The notes under the pieces: model-generated
Database searches by the model: none
Told to the model about the DNA's origin: nothing
The model's input: only the letters and a program-made list of their open reading frames with translations
Part shown: piece after piece, positions 1 to 8,032 of the stretch
Layout of the letters: each line of letters opens with the position of its first letter
How positions within the stretch are numbered: the first letter of the stretch is position 1
Virus record (IMG/VR): IMGVR_UViG_648276671_000015
Length of the DNA: 11,195 bases
DNA from: a virus
Lineage: Duplodnaviria; Heunggongvirae; Uroviricota; Caudoviricetes
Reading direction: 5' to 3' (one strand)
Translations under genes and position numbers: made by a program

Positions 1-417
1 TTGTTTATATGTTTTAAAGGTTCCATAATCCGGGGCTGGTAATCCGGCATCGTTTGTGTTTCCTCTTTTGATAATGTCAGTGCCACTATTTACCCAGCTT
101 TCATCAAAATAGAAATTAATCGTTGCATCAGTCACAATCGTGGATCTTGACGGTAATCCATGAGCATGATCCTCCGTTGCATACCCCTGAATACTTAAAA
201 TAGAGCGACCTGTATCAATCCCCCGCCCGTCATCCCAGCCACGAATAAATTCACCGCGTAAATCAGGCAATTTATTAGTCGGGTAAGCCTTTGTCAGTTC
301 CGGGTATTCTTCAGCAGAAAAAGCCGCACCATTGCATTTCAGCCAGCCTGTTGGCGGAGTGGCTGAAGGCCACGGAACAGGCACCCCAACGGGTAATGCC
401 GAACCTTCTCCCAAACC
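1..417 (-). CDS. Partial tail-fibre variable (receptor-binding) cassette in silent inverted orientation; reads leftward from the crossover site and runs off the window start
   Basis: Minus-strand frame is open for about 139 codons from the gix-like site to position 1. Translation (...INVGLGEGSALPVGVPVPWPSATPPTGWLKCNGAAFSAEEYPELTKAYPTNKLPDLRGEFIRGWDDGRG...EDHAHG...) carries the tail-collar/tail-fibre motifs (GWLxCNG, YPEL, LPDLRGxF, HxH) seen in Mu S, P1 S and e14 StfE variable parts. It is opposite in strand to the tail operon and abuts the invertase, as for Mu Sv'. Confidence 0.6.
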
Positions 418-431
418 AACGTTTATGAAAA
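406..431. promoter_or_regulatory. gix/hix/pix-type 26-bp recombination (crossover) site for the adjacent serine invertase
   Basis: TTCTCCCAAACC-AA-CGTTTATGAAAA: two imperfect 12-bp inverted half-sites around a central AA, matching about 9/12 per half to the recalled hixL/gix consensus (TTCTTGAAAACC-AA-GGTTTTTGATAA). It lies 56 bp upstream of the invertase start and inside the tail-fibre cassette reading frame. Confidence 0.55.
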
Positions 432-486
432 TGCAGAGATAATGGCTAACTGGCATCATCCCCGGTTTTTATTCAGGGGATTGATC

Positions 487-1053
487 ATGCTTATTGGCTA
501 TGTACGCGTGTCAACAAATGACCAGAACACCGATTTGCAACGTAATGCACTGAACTGCGCGGGATGTGAGCGGATTTTTGAGGATAAAATCAGTGGCACT
601 AAGTCCGACAGACCGGGGCTTAAAAAACTGCTCAGGACACTATCGGCAGGAGACACTCTGGTTGTCTGGAAGCTGGACAGGTTGGGGCGCAGTATGCGGC
701 ATCTTGTTACGCTGATAGAAGAGTTGCGCCAGCGTGGCGTGAATTTCCGAAGCCTGACTGACAGTATTGATACCAGTACCCCAATGGGCCGTTTCTTTTT
801 TCATGTTATGGGTGCTCTGGCTGAAATGGAACGCGAACTGATAGTTGAACGTACCAGGGCAGGGCTGGCTGCAGCTCGTGCCAAAGGCAGAGTAGGTGGA
901 CGCCGTCCTAAGTTGACCACCGAACAGTGGGCACAGATTGGGCGTTTACTTGAGGCCGGAGAATCAAGACAGCGTATTGCACTGATTTTTGATGTAGGCG
1001 TTTCTACTATTTATAGAAAATTTCCGGCAAATAAGAGCAATGAATCTCCCTGA
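487..1053 (+). CDS. pin: Serine DNA invertase of the Pin/Gin/Hin/Cin family (188 aa)
   Basis: Starts MLIGYVRVSTNDQNTDLQ with the catalytic serine in the YVRVSTxDQ motif, then LVVWKLDRLGRS and GRFFFHVMGALAEMERELI, and a C-terminal helix-turn-helix; near-identical in motif layout to e14 PinE / Mu Gin. GGGGA Shine-Dalgarno 8 nt upstream of the ATG at 487. The tracked ORF start at 442 is an upstream in-frame extension. Confidence 0.92.
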   Translation: MLIGYVRVSTNDQNTDLQRNALNCAGCERIFEDKISGTKSDRPGLKKLLRTLSAGDTLVVWKLDRLGRSMRHLVTLIEELRQRGVNFRSLTDSIDTSTPMGRFFFHVMGALAEMERELIVERTRAGLAAARAKGRVGGRRPKLTTEQWAQIGRLLEAGESRQRIALIFDVGVSTIYRKFPANKSNESP

Positions 1054-1101
1054 ATCAGCATTATTTTGATTATCCCTGCAAGCAGACAAATACCGTCATT
1101 T

Positions 1102-1119
1102 TGTGTGAATAACGGCACA
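1102..1119 (+). promoter_or_regulatory. Candidate Ogr-dependent late promoter element (TGT-N12-ACA) for the FI tail operon
   Basis: TGTgtgaataacggcACA has the exact TGT-N12-ACA dyad of P2 late promoters and sits about 75-95 bp upstream of the FI start at 1196, consistent with a position near -55. The -10 element is not clearly identifiable. Confidence 0.4.
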
Positions 1120-1195
1120 ACTGCGCTTAGCTGTTTGTCAGGCACAATCACTTCAACATAGGGCGAAGCCTAATCCAATCAGGAGGTTCGCCACT

Positions 1196-2355
1196 ATGGC
1201 TCAGGATTACCACCACGGGGTGCGCGTTGTTGAAGTCAACGAAGGCACCCGATCCATTACCACGGTGAGCACCGCCATCGTGGGTATGGTCTGCACGGGC
1301 GATGATGCCGATGCAAAAATGTTTCCTCTTAATAAACCCGTGCTGATCACTGATGTGCTGACTGCCAGCGGTAAAGCGGGTGAGTCAGGCACGCTGGCCC
1401 GTTCGCTGGATGCCATCGCTGACCAGGCAAAACCCGTGACCGTTGTTGTGCGTGTGCCGCAGGGTGAAACGGAAGAAGAAACCACGACCAATATCATCGG
1501 CGCAGTGACTGCTGAAGGTAAAAAACAGGCATGAAAGCTCTGTTATCTGCCCAGTCACAGCTCGGCGTTAAACCGCGCATTCTCGGCGTGCCAGGCCATG
1601 ATAACAAAGCCGTTGCGACTGAGTTGCTGAGCGTGGCGCAAAGCCTGCGTGGGTTTGCTTACCTGTCAGCGTATGGCTGCAAGACAGTGCAGGAGGCGAT
1701 CACTTACCGTGAAAACTTCAGTCAGCGTGAAGGAATGCTGATCTGGCCCGACTTTACTGGCTGGGACACGGTGCTGAATGCCGAAGCAACGGCTTATGCC
1801 ACCGCCCGTGCGCTTGGTCTGCGCGCCAAAATTGACGAGCAGACCGGATGGCACAAAAGCCTGTCCAACGTGGGCGTTAACGGTGTCACCGGAATTTCTG
1901 CTGATGTGTTCTGGGATCTGCAGGACCCGGCAACCGATGCAGGTCTGCTGAACCAGAACGACGTCACCACGCTTGTGCGTAAAGACGGTTTCCGCTTCTG
2001 GGGTTCCCGCTGCCTGAGTGATGACCCGCTCTTTGCCTTCGAAAACTACACCCGCACGGCACAGGTGCTGGCGGACACAATGGCAGAAGCGCACATGTGG
2101 GCGGTGGACAAACCGCTGAACCCGTCGCTGGCCCGCGACATTATCGAAGGTATCCGCGCCAAAATGCGCAGCCTGGTCAGTCAGGGCTATCTCATTGGGG
2201 GTGATTGCTGGCTGGACGAGTCGGTGAACGATAAAGACACCCTGAAAGCCGGAAAACTCACCATCGACTACGACTACACGCCAGTGCCGCCACTTGAAAA
2301 TCTGATGCTGCGCCAGCGCATCACCGATCAGTACCTGGTGAATTTCGCCAGCTAG
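1196..2355 (+). pseudogene. P2 gpFI-like contractile tail sheath protein, frame broken by an apparent 1-bp loss in an A6 run (1520-1525); two ORFs 1196-1534 and 1531-2355
   Basis: N-terminal ORF (MAQDYHHGV...) and C-terminal ORF (...KPRILGVPG...GFRFWG...[13 protein letters not shown]) together span a P2 FI-like sheath. Adding one A to the run restores ...[10 protein letters not shown]..., which lines up with the P2 FI junction as I recall it (...GQYTGLKAML...). AGGAGG Shine-Dalgarno at 1181-1186. Confidence 0.8.
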
Positions 2356-2376
2356 GTCAGCGCGTAAGGGGACAAC

Positions 2377-2892
2377 ATGGCTTTACCACGTAAATTAAAA
2401 CATCTGAACTTGTTTAACGACGGGAACAACTGGCAGGGGATCGTTGAGTCGCTGACGCTGCCGAAATTCACCCGCAAATATGAGAAGTATCGCGGCGGCG
2501 GTATGCCGGGGGCGGTGGATGTGGATCTGGGACTGGATAACAGTGCATTGGATACAGAATTTTCCATTGGTGGTACTGAAGTGCTGCTGTTTAAGCAGAT
2601 GGGCAAAGCCACGGTGGATGGCATCCAGTTGCGCTTTACCGGCTCTATCCAGCGTGACGATACCGGAGAAGTGCAGGCCGTGGAGCTTGTGGTGCGTGGA
2701 CGTCACAAAGAAGTGGATTCCGGCGAGTGGAAGACGGGCGAAAGCAACACCACCAAAGTGACCAGTACCAACAGCTACGCGAAGCTGACCATCAATGGTG
2801 AGGTGCTCTATGAAGTGGACCTTATCAACATGGTGGAAATTGTGGACGGTGTGGACCTGATGGAAGCGCACCGCAACGCCCTCGGCCTCTGA
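2377..2892 (+). CDS. P2 gpFII-like tail tube protein (171 aa)
   Basis: Size and position immediately after the sheath gene match P2 FII (about 172 aa); Shine-Dalgarno AAGGGGA upstream; sequence has the conserved tube-protein character (MALPRKLKHLNLFNDGNNWQG...). Confidence 0.85.
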   Translation: MALPRKLKHLNLFNDGNNWQGIVESLTLPKFTRKYEKYRGGGMPGAVDVDLGLDNSALDTEFSIGGTEVLLFKQMGKATVDGIQLRFTGSIQRDDTGEVQAVELVVRGRHKEVDSGEWKTGESNTTKVTSTNSYAKLTINGEVLYEVDLINMVEIVDGVDLMEAHRNALGL

Positions 2893-2903
2893 TATATCTG
2901 AAC

Positions 2904-2921
2904 GGCGCGGGATACCGCGCC
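2904..2921 (+). other. GC-rich stem-loop in the FII-E intergenic region (7-bp stem GGCGCGG/CCGCGCC, loop GATA), no U-tract
   Basis: Perfect inverted repeat read directly from the sequence, 12 nt after the FII stop codon and 26 nt before the E start. Confidence 0.5.
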
Positions 2922-2946
2922 AGAACCCAATTTACAGGACAGCAAA

Positions 2947-3249
2947 ATGAGCGATAAACAGACTGAAAAGACCATTCAACTGGATACCCCCATCAAGCGC
3001 GGTAAAACAGAAATCACCGAAATTGTGCTGCGTAAACCGCAGTCCGGTGCGCTGCGCGGTACACGCCTGCAGGCGATTATGGATATGGATGTGAACGCGA
3101 TGATGACCGTGATCCCCCGCATCTCCAGCCCGGCACTGACTGCACAGGAAATTGCAGAGATGGACCCGGCAGATCTCACTGCCATGTCGGTTGAGGTTGT
3201 CACTTTTTTGTTGAAGAAGTCGGTGCTTGCCGGTTTACCGACAGCCTGA
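2947..3249 (+). CDS. P2 gpE-like tail assembly chaperone (100 aa)
   Basis: Small acidic ORF between tube and tape-measure genes with a TTTTTTG slippery heptamer near its 3' end, as in P2 E and the lambda G analogue; AGGA Shine-Dalgarno 8 nt upstream. Confidence 0.85.
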   Translation: MSDKQTEKTIQLDTPIKRGKTEITEIVLRKPQSGALRGTRLQAIMDMDVNAMMTVIPRISSPALTAQEIAEMDPADLTAMSVEVVTFLLKKSVLAGLPTA

Positions 3250-3383
3250 CGGTTGACGATCTGGTGGCAGATATCGCCACCATTTTTCACTGGCCGCCAT
3301 CCGTTACTGACGTTATGCCGCTGACCGAAGTGCTGGAATGGCGGTATAAAGCGATTCAGAGAAGCGGGGCCAACGATGAGTGA
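2947..3383 (+). CDS. E+E' frameshift fusion product (about 145 aa) made by -1 slippage at 3204-3210
   Basis: The -1 frame after the heptamer reads ...VEEVGACRFTDSLTVDDLVADIATIFHWPPSVTDVMPLTEVLEWRYKAIQRSGANDE and ends overlapping the tape-measure start, the same layout and size as P2 E+E' (about 142 aa). Confidence 0.65.
3204..3210 (+). other. Programmed -1 ribosomal frameshift slippery heptamer T-TTT-TTG (E to E+E')
   Basis: Heptamer is in the X-XXY-YYZ register of the E frame (codons ACT-TTT-TTG = T-F-L); the -1 frame is open from here to a TGA at 3381-3383. Confidence 0.65.
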
Positions 3384-6300
3384 TAACAACCTGCGCCTGC
3401 AGGTCATTCTTAATGCGGTTGACAAACTCACCCGCCCATTCCGTGCTGCACAGGTCAGTTCGAAAGAGCTGGCTGGCGCAATCAGAAACTCCCGTGACGC
3501 ATTAAAGCAACTCAATCAGGCGGGTAACAGCCTGGAAAAATTTCGCAAGCTGCAGGCCGATAACAAGAAGTTAGGCGACAGGCTGAACTATGCCAGACAG
3601 AAGGCTAATTTGCTTAGCTCTGAGCTGGAGGCGATGGAACAACCATCACAACGGCACCTTGTGGCTTTAGGTCGGCAAACACTGGCAGTCCAACGCCTGG
3701 AAGAGCAACAAAAATATTTGCAGAAGCAAACGGCGCTTGTGCGTGCAGAACTGTACCGGGCGGGAATTTCTGCGAAAGATGATGCGGGAGCAACTGCCCG
3801 TTTAGCCCGTGAAACATCACGTTATAACCAGGAATTGTCGAAACAGGAGGTGCGGCTGAAGCGACTGGGGGAAGCTCAGCGCAGGATGAATGCAGCGCGT
3901 GCCAGTTATGCCCGTTCGCTGGAGGTGCGCGATCGTATTGCAGGAGCCGGAGCCACTACCACGGCTGCAGGGTTGGCAATGGGGACGCCAGTGATGGCGG
4001 CAGTAAAAAGCTATACCAGCATAGAAGATGCCATGAAAGGTGTGGCAAAGCAGGTCAATGGTCTGCGTGACGATAATGGCAACCGCACTGCACGTTTTTA
4101 TGAAATGCAGGATGCCATCAAGGCTGCCAGCGAACAGTTGCCGATGGAAAACGGTGCTGTGGACTTCGCTGCACTGGTTGAAGGTGGTGCGCGCATGAAC
4201 GTCGCAAACCCTGACGACAGCTGGGAAGACCAGAAACGTGATCTGCTGGCCTTCGCCAGCACAGCAGCAAAGGCGGCAACAGCCTTTGAGCTGCCAGCGG
4301 ATGAACTGTCAGAAAGTCTGGGGAAAATCGCCCAGCTCTACAAAATCCCTACCCGCAATATTGAACAGCTCGGTGATGCGCTGAACTATCTGGATGATAA
4401 CGCCATGTCGAAAGGGGCAGACATTATTGATGTTATGCAACGTCTGGGCGGTGTGGCGGACCGTCTGGATTATCGTAAAGCGGCGGCGCTGGGTTCCACC
4501 TTTCTGACACTGGGCGCTGCGCCGGAGGTTGCAGCCAGTGCAGCAAACGCGATGGTGCGTGAATTGTCCATTGCCACCATGCAGAGCAAGAGTTTCTTTG
4601 AAGGGATGAATCTGCTGAAACTCAATCCTGAAGTGATTGAAAAGCAGATGACGAAGGATGCGATGGGAACCATCCAGCGCGTGCTGGAGAAGGTGAACGC
4701 ACTGCCGCAGGACAAGCGTCTGTCTGCCATGACCATGTTGTTTGGTAAAGAGTTTGGCGATGACGCGGCGAAACTGGCAAACAACCTGCCGGAACTGCAG
4801 CGCCAGTTAAAGCTGACAGCGGGCAATGATGCGCTCGGTTCCATGCAGAAAGAATCCGACATCAACAAGGACTCACTTTCTGCTCAGTGGTTGCTGGTCA
4901 AAACCGGAGCGCAGAACACCTTCAGCAGCCTGGGCGAAACGCTGCGCCAGCCGCTGATGGATATTCTGTACACGGTGAAAAGCGTCACGGGGGCGTTGCG
5001 TCGCTGGGTGGAAGCTAACCCGGAACTGACGGGCACACTGATGAAAGCGGCGGCTGTTGTGGCTGCGGTTACCGTGGGCCTCGGCACCTTAGCGGTGGTG
5101 TTAGCTGCAGTGCTGGGGCCGCTGGCAGTCATCCGTCTGGGGTTCTCTGTGCTGGGTATCAAAACGTTACCTTCCGTTACGGCAGCAGTAACTCGAACCA
5201 GCAGCGCGTTGTCCTGGCTGGCTGGCGCACCACTGGCACTGCTGCGACGCGGGCTTGCTTCATCCGGCAACGCCGCAGGTTTACTTACTGCGCCGTTGTC
5301 GTCTTTGCGCCGCACGGCATCACTGACGGGAAATGTCCTGAAAACTGTAGCAGGTGCGCAGGTTGCACTTTTGCGGTCTGGATTATCCGGTTTACGTGCT
5401 GTTGCTGTGATGTTTATGAATCCTCTGGCGGTACTGCGCGGTGGACTGGCCGCCGCAGGCACGGTGCTGCGAGTACTGGCATCTGGTCCACTGGCGATGC
5501 TGCGCGTTGCCCTGTATGCCGTATCTGGTCTGTTAGGTGCTCTGCTCAGTCCGATAGGTCTTGTGGTTACTGCACTGGCGGGCGTGGCGCTGGTTGTCTG
5601 GAAATACTGGCAACCCATCACCGCATTTCTTGGTGGCGTGGTGGAAGGATTCAAAGCGGCGGCAGGTCCCGTCAGTGCAGCATTCGAACCGCTTATGCCC
5701 GTGTTCCAGTGGATTGGCGACAAAGTACAGGCGTTGTGGGGCTGGTTTACTGATCTGCTGACGCCCGTTAAGTCGACCTCTGCCGAACTGCAGAGTGCAG
5801 CGGCAATGGGGCGGCGATTCGGGGAGGCACTGGCGGAAGGGCTGAATATGGTCATGCATCCGCTGGACTCCCTGAAATCCGGCGTTTCCTGGTTGCTGGA
5901 GAAGCTCGGCATTGTCAGTAAAGAGGTCGCAAAGGCAAAACTGCCGGAAAGCGTGACGCGTCAGCAACCTGCGACGGTGAATGCAGACGGTAAAGTGATG
6001 ATGCCATCGGGTGGTTTTCCATCATGGGGATATGGCTTTGCGGGGATGTATGGCAGCGGCGGGTATATCCCGCGCGGGCAGTTTGGCATCGTCGGTGAAA
6101 ACGGGCCGGAAATTGTTAACGGCCCGGCAAATGTGACCAGCCGGAGAAATACAGCTGCACTGGCTGCCGTTGTTGCCGGAATGATGGGCGTTGCTGCCGC
6201 GCCAGCAGAGCTTCCACCGTTGCACCCTTTGGCACTTCCCGCGAAAGGTGGAGAAGCAATTGTGAGTCGCGCAGCCACTGTGCCGCTCGTTCAACGGATT

Positions 6301-6453
6301 GAGGCACCGACGCAGATCATCATTCAGACGCAGCCAGGACAAAGTGCGCAGGATATTGCGCGGGAGGTGGCACGCCAGCTTGATGAACGTGAACGCAGGC
6401 TGAAGGCAAAAGCCAGGAGTAACTACAGCGATCAGGGGGGATACGACGCATGA
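3376..6453 (+). CDS. Tail tape measure protein, P2 gpT-like (1025 aa)
   Basis: Very long ORF right after E/E'; coiled-coil-rich N-terminal half, central hydrophobic periodic repeats, Gly-rich C-terminal region; follows the chaperone gene as tape-measure genes always do. Confidence 0.9.
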   Translation: MSDNNLRLQVILNAVDKLTRPFRAAQVSSKELAGAIRNSRDALKQLNQAGNSLEKFRKLQADNKKLGDRLNYARQKANLLSSELEAMEQPSQRHLVALGRQTLAVQRLEEQQKYLQKQTALVRAELYRAGISAKDDAGATARLARETSRYNQELSKQEVRLKRLGEAQRRMNAARASYARSLEVRDRIAGAGATTTAAGLAMGTPVMAAVKSYTSIEDAMKGVAKQVNGLRDDNGNRTARFYEMQDAIKAASEQLPMENGAVDFAALVEGGARMNVANPDDSWEDQKRDLLAFASTAAKAATAFELPADELSESLGKIAQLYKIPTRNIEQLGDALNYLDDNAMSKGADIIDVMQRLGGVADRLDYRKAAALGSTFLTLGAAPEVAASAANAMVRELSIATMQSKSFFEGMNLLKLNPEVIEKQMTKDAMGTIQRVLEKVNALPQDKRLSAMTMLFGKEFGDDAAKLANNLPELQRQLKLTAGNDALGSMQKESDINKDSLSAQWLLVKTGAQNTFSSLGETLRQPLMDILYTVKSVTGALRRWVEANPELTGTLMKAAAVVAAVTVGLGTLAVVLAAVLGPLAVIRLGFSVLGIKTLPSVTAAVTRTSSALSWLAGAPLALLRRGLASSGNAAGLLTAPLSSLRRTASLTGNVLKTVAGAQVALLRSGLSGLRAVAVMFMNPLAVLRGGLAAAGTVLRVLASGPLAMLRVALYAVSGLLGALLSPIGLVVTALAGVALVVWKYWQPITAFLGGVVEGFKAAAGPVSAAFEPLMPVFQWIGDKVQALWGWFTDLLTPVKSTSAELQSAAAMGRRFGEALAEGLNMVMHPLDSLKSGVSWLLEKLGIVSKEVAKAKLPESVTRQQPATVNADGKVMMPSGGFPSWGYGFAGMYGSGGYIPRGQFGIVGENGPEIVNGPANVTSRRNTAALAAVVAGMMGVAAAPAELPPLHPLALPAKGGEAIVSRAATVPLVQRIEAPTQIIIQTQPGQSAQDIAREVARQLDERERRLKAKARSNYSDQGGYDA

Positions 6454-6935
6454 TGATGGTGCTGGGATTGTACGTGTTTATGCTGCGCACCGTTCCGTAT
6501 CAGGAACTGCAGTATCAACGCAGCTGGCGACATGCGGCAAACAGTCGGGTAAACCGACGTCCGTCCACGCAGTTTCTGGGACCGGAAAACGACATGCTGA
6601 CGCTTTCCGGTGTTCTTATGCCGGAGATAACAGGCGGCAGGCTGTCGTTGCTGGCACTGGAGCAGATGGCAGAACAGGGGAAAGCATGGCCCCTGATTGA
6701 AGGCAGCGGCACGATTTACGGCATGTATGTGATTGAGGGACTGAATCAGACTAAAACGGAGTTTTTCCGCGACGGTATGCCGCGCCGGATTGAGTTCACC
6801 CTGTCGCTCAAACGAGTGGATGAATCCCTGTCCGATATGTTCGGTGATCTCAGTGCGCAACTGAATAATCTGCAGGACACGGCAACGTCTGCCTTAAGCG
6901 ATATCAGTAAAACGGTGGGAGGGCTGCTGTCGTGA
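6450..6935 (+). CDS. P2 gpU-like tail protein (161 aa)
   Basis: ATGA overlap with the T stop; GGGGGG Shine-Dalgarno 9 nt upstream; begins MMMVLGLYVFMLRT..., resembling the P2 U N-terminus as recalled (MMLALGMFVF...); size matches P2 U (about 159 aa). Confidence 0.85.
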   Translation: MMMVLGLYVFMLRTVPYQELQYQRSWRHAANSRVNRRPSTQFLGPENDMLTLSGVLMPEITGGRLSLLALEQMAEQGKAWPLIEGSGTIYGMYVIEGLNQTKTEFFRDGMPRRIEFTLSLKRVDESLSDMFGDLSAQLNNLQDTATSALSDISKTVGGLLS

Positions 6936-8032
6936 ATTTCAGCTCTGAACTGCTTAACAAAGGCAACAAAACTCCCGCATTCAGCATCAGTATTGAGGGC
7001 AGGGATATCACCACTGTGCTGGATAACCGCCTGATGAGTTTGACGCTGACGGATAACCGGGGCTTTGAAGCGGACCAGCTTGATCTGGAGCTGGATGACG
7101 CTGACGGAAAAATCGTGCTGCCGCGCCGTGGTGCGGTTATTACGCTGGCGCTGGGCTGGAAGGGGCAGCCGCTTTTCCCGAAAGGGGCATTCACGGTGGA
7201 CGAGATTGAACACACTGGCGCACCGGACCGCCTGACTATCCGGGCGCGAAGTGCTGATTTTCGGGAAACGCTGAATACTCGCCGTGAAAAATCGTGGCAC
7301 AAGACCACTGTCGGGGAAGTGGTGAAGGAAATAGCCGCGCGTCACAAGCTGAAGATGGCACTGGGTAAAGACCTGTCGGATAAGCCCGTGGAACATATAG
7401 ACCAGACTAATGAGAGTGACGGCAGTTTTCTGATGCGGCTGGCGCGCCAGTACGGTGCTATTGCGTCGGTGAAAAATGGCAATCTGTTATTCATTCGGCA
7501 GGGACAGGGTAAAAGCGCCAGCGGTAAACCACTGCCGGTTATCACTATCACACGTAAGGACGGCGACAGTCACCGCTTTACCCTGGCAGATCGCGGAGCT
7601 TACACGGGCGTAATTGCCAGCTGGTTGCATACCCGCGAACCCGCGAAGAAAGAAAGCACCACGGTGAAGCGTAAGCGCAGGACTAAGAAGCAGAAGAAAG
7701 AGCCGGAAGCGAAGCAGGGCGATTACCTGGTGGGTACGGATGAAAACGTGCTGGTACTTAATCGCACCTATGCCAATCGGAGTAACGCCGAACGGGCAGC
7801 GAAAATGCAGTGGGAACGCCTGCAACGCGGCGTTGCGTCATTCTCGCTACAACTGGCGGAAGGTCGGGCAGATCTCTACACGGAAATGCCAGTGAAAGTC
7901 AGTGGTTTTAAACAGCCGATAGATGATGCGGAATGGACCATTACGACTCTGACACATACCGTCAGCCCGGATAACGGTTTTACAACCAGTCTGGAGCTTG
8001 AAGTGAGGATTGATGATTTCGAAATGGAATGA
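6932..8032 (+). CDS. P2 gpD-like tail protein (366 aa), GTG start
   Basis: GTGA start/stop overlap with U; GGAGGG Shine-Dalgarno; motifs (TLTDNRGFEADQLDLELDD, IRARSADFRETLNTRREKSWH, Lys-rich linker, WTIT..H) typical of P2 D. Confidence 0.85.
   Translation: MNFSSELLNKGNKTPAFSISIEGRDITTVLDNRLMSLTLTDNRGFEADQLDLELDDADGKIVLPRRGAVITLALGWKGQPLFPKGAFTVDEIEHTGAPDRLTIRARSADFRETLNTRREKSWHKTTVGEVVKEIAARHKLKMALGKDLSDKPVEHIDQTNESDGSFLMRLARQYGAIASVKNGNLLFIRQGQGKSASGKPLPVITITRKDGDSHRFTLADRGAYTGVIASWLHTREPAKKESTTVKRKRRTKKQKKEPEAKQGDYLVGTDENVLVLNRTYANRSNAERAAKMQWERLQRGVASFSLQLAEGRADLYTEMPVKVSGFKQPIDDAEWTITTLTHTVSPDNGFTTSLELEVRIDDFEME

Noticed and set aside
454-459. Two in-frame ATG codons on the minus strand just beyond the gix-like site that could start the tail-fibre cassette as an independent gene
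   Set aside because: No Shine-Dalgarno at the right spacing and a stop three codons upstream; the cassette is better explained as a start-less variable segment that is expressed only when inverted onto a constant fibre N-terminus.
442-486. N-terminal 15 codons of the tracked 203-aa invertase ORF (MANWHHPRFLFRGLI)
   Set aside because: Serine invertases start at MLIGYVRVS; the ATG at 487 has a good Shine-Dalgarno sequence, and the extension would overlap the gix-like site region. Treated as an upstream in-frame artefact.
1207-1497. 96-aa minus-strand ORF antisense to the sheath gene
   Set aside because: Lies entirely inside a well-supported coding region on the opposite strand; low-complexity Ser/Thr/Val-rich translation typical of antisense frames.
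1666-2094. 142-aa minus-strand ORF inside the sheath gene
   Set aside because: Antisense to a conserved sheath domain; Cys/Arg-rich translation with no recognisable features.
2352-2892. Three overlapping ORFs on either strand across the tail tube gene (2352-2624 minus, 2395-2871 minus, 2480-2761 plus)
   Set aside because: All overlap the FII tube gene, which has a proper Shine-Dalgarno sequence and matching size; alternative frames give Trp/Cys/His-rich nonsense.
2976-3515. 179-aa minus-strand ORF spanning E, E' and the start of T
   Set aside because: Antisense to three co-linear, well-supported genes including the frameshift region.
4470-6342. Several long minus-strand and short plus-strand ORFs inside the tape-measure gene (for example 4884-5912 at 342 aa, 5533-5967, 5961-6278)
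   Set aside because: GC-rich, Ala/Ser/Pro/Arg-rich antisense or off-frame translations of a single 3-kb gene; the long open frames reflect composition, not coding.
6432-7825. Minus-strand ORFs antisense to U and D (6432-6860, 6746-7396, 6904-7308, 7487-7825)
   Set aside because: Overlap conserved U and D coding regions on the opposite strand; no start or Shine-Dalgarno context and no recognisable motifs.
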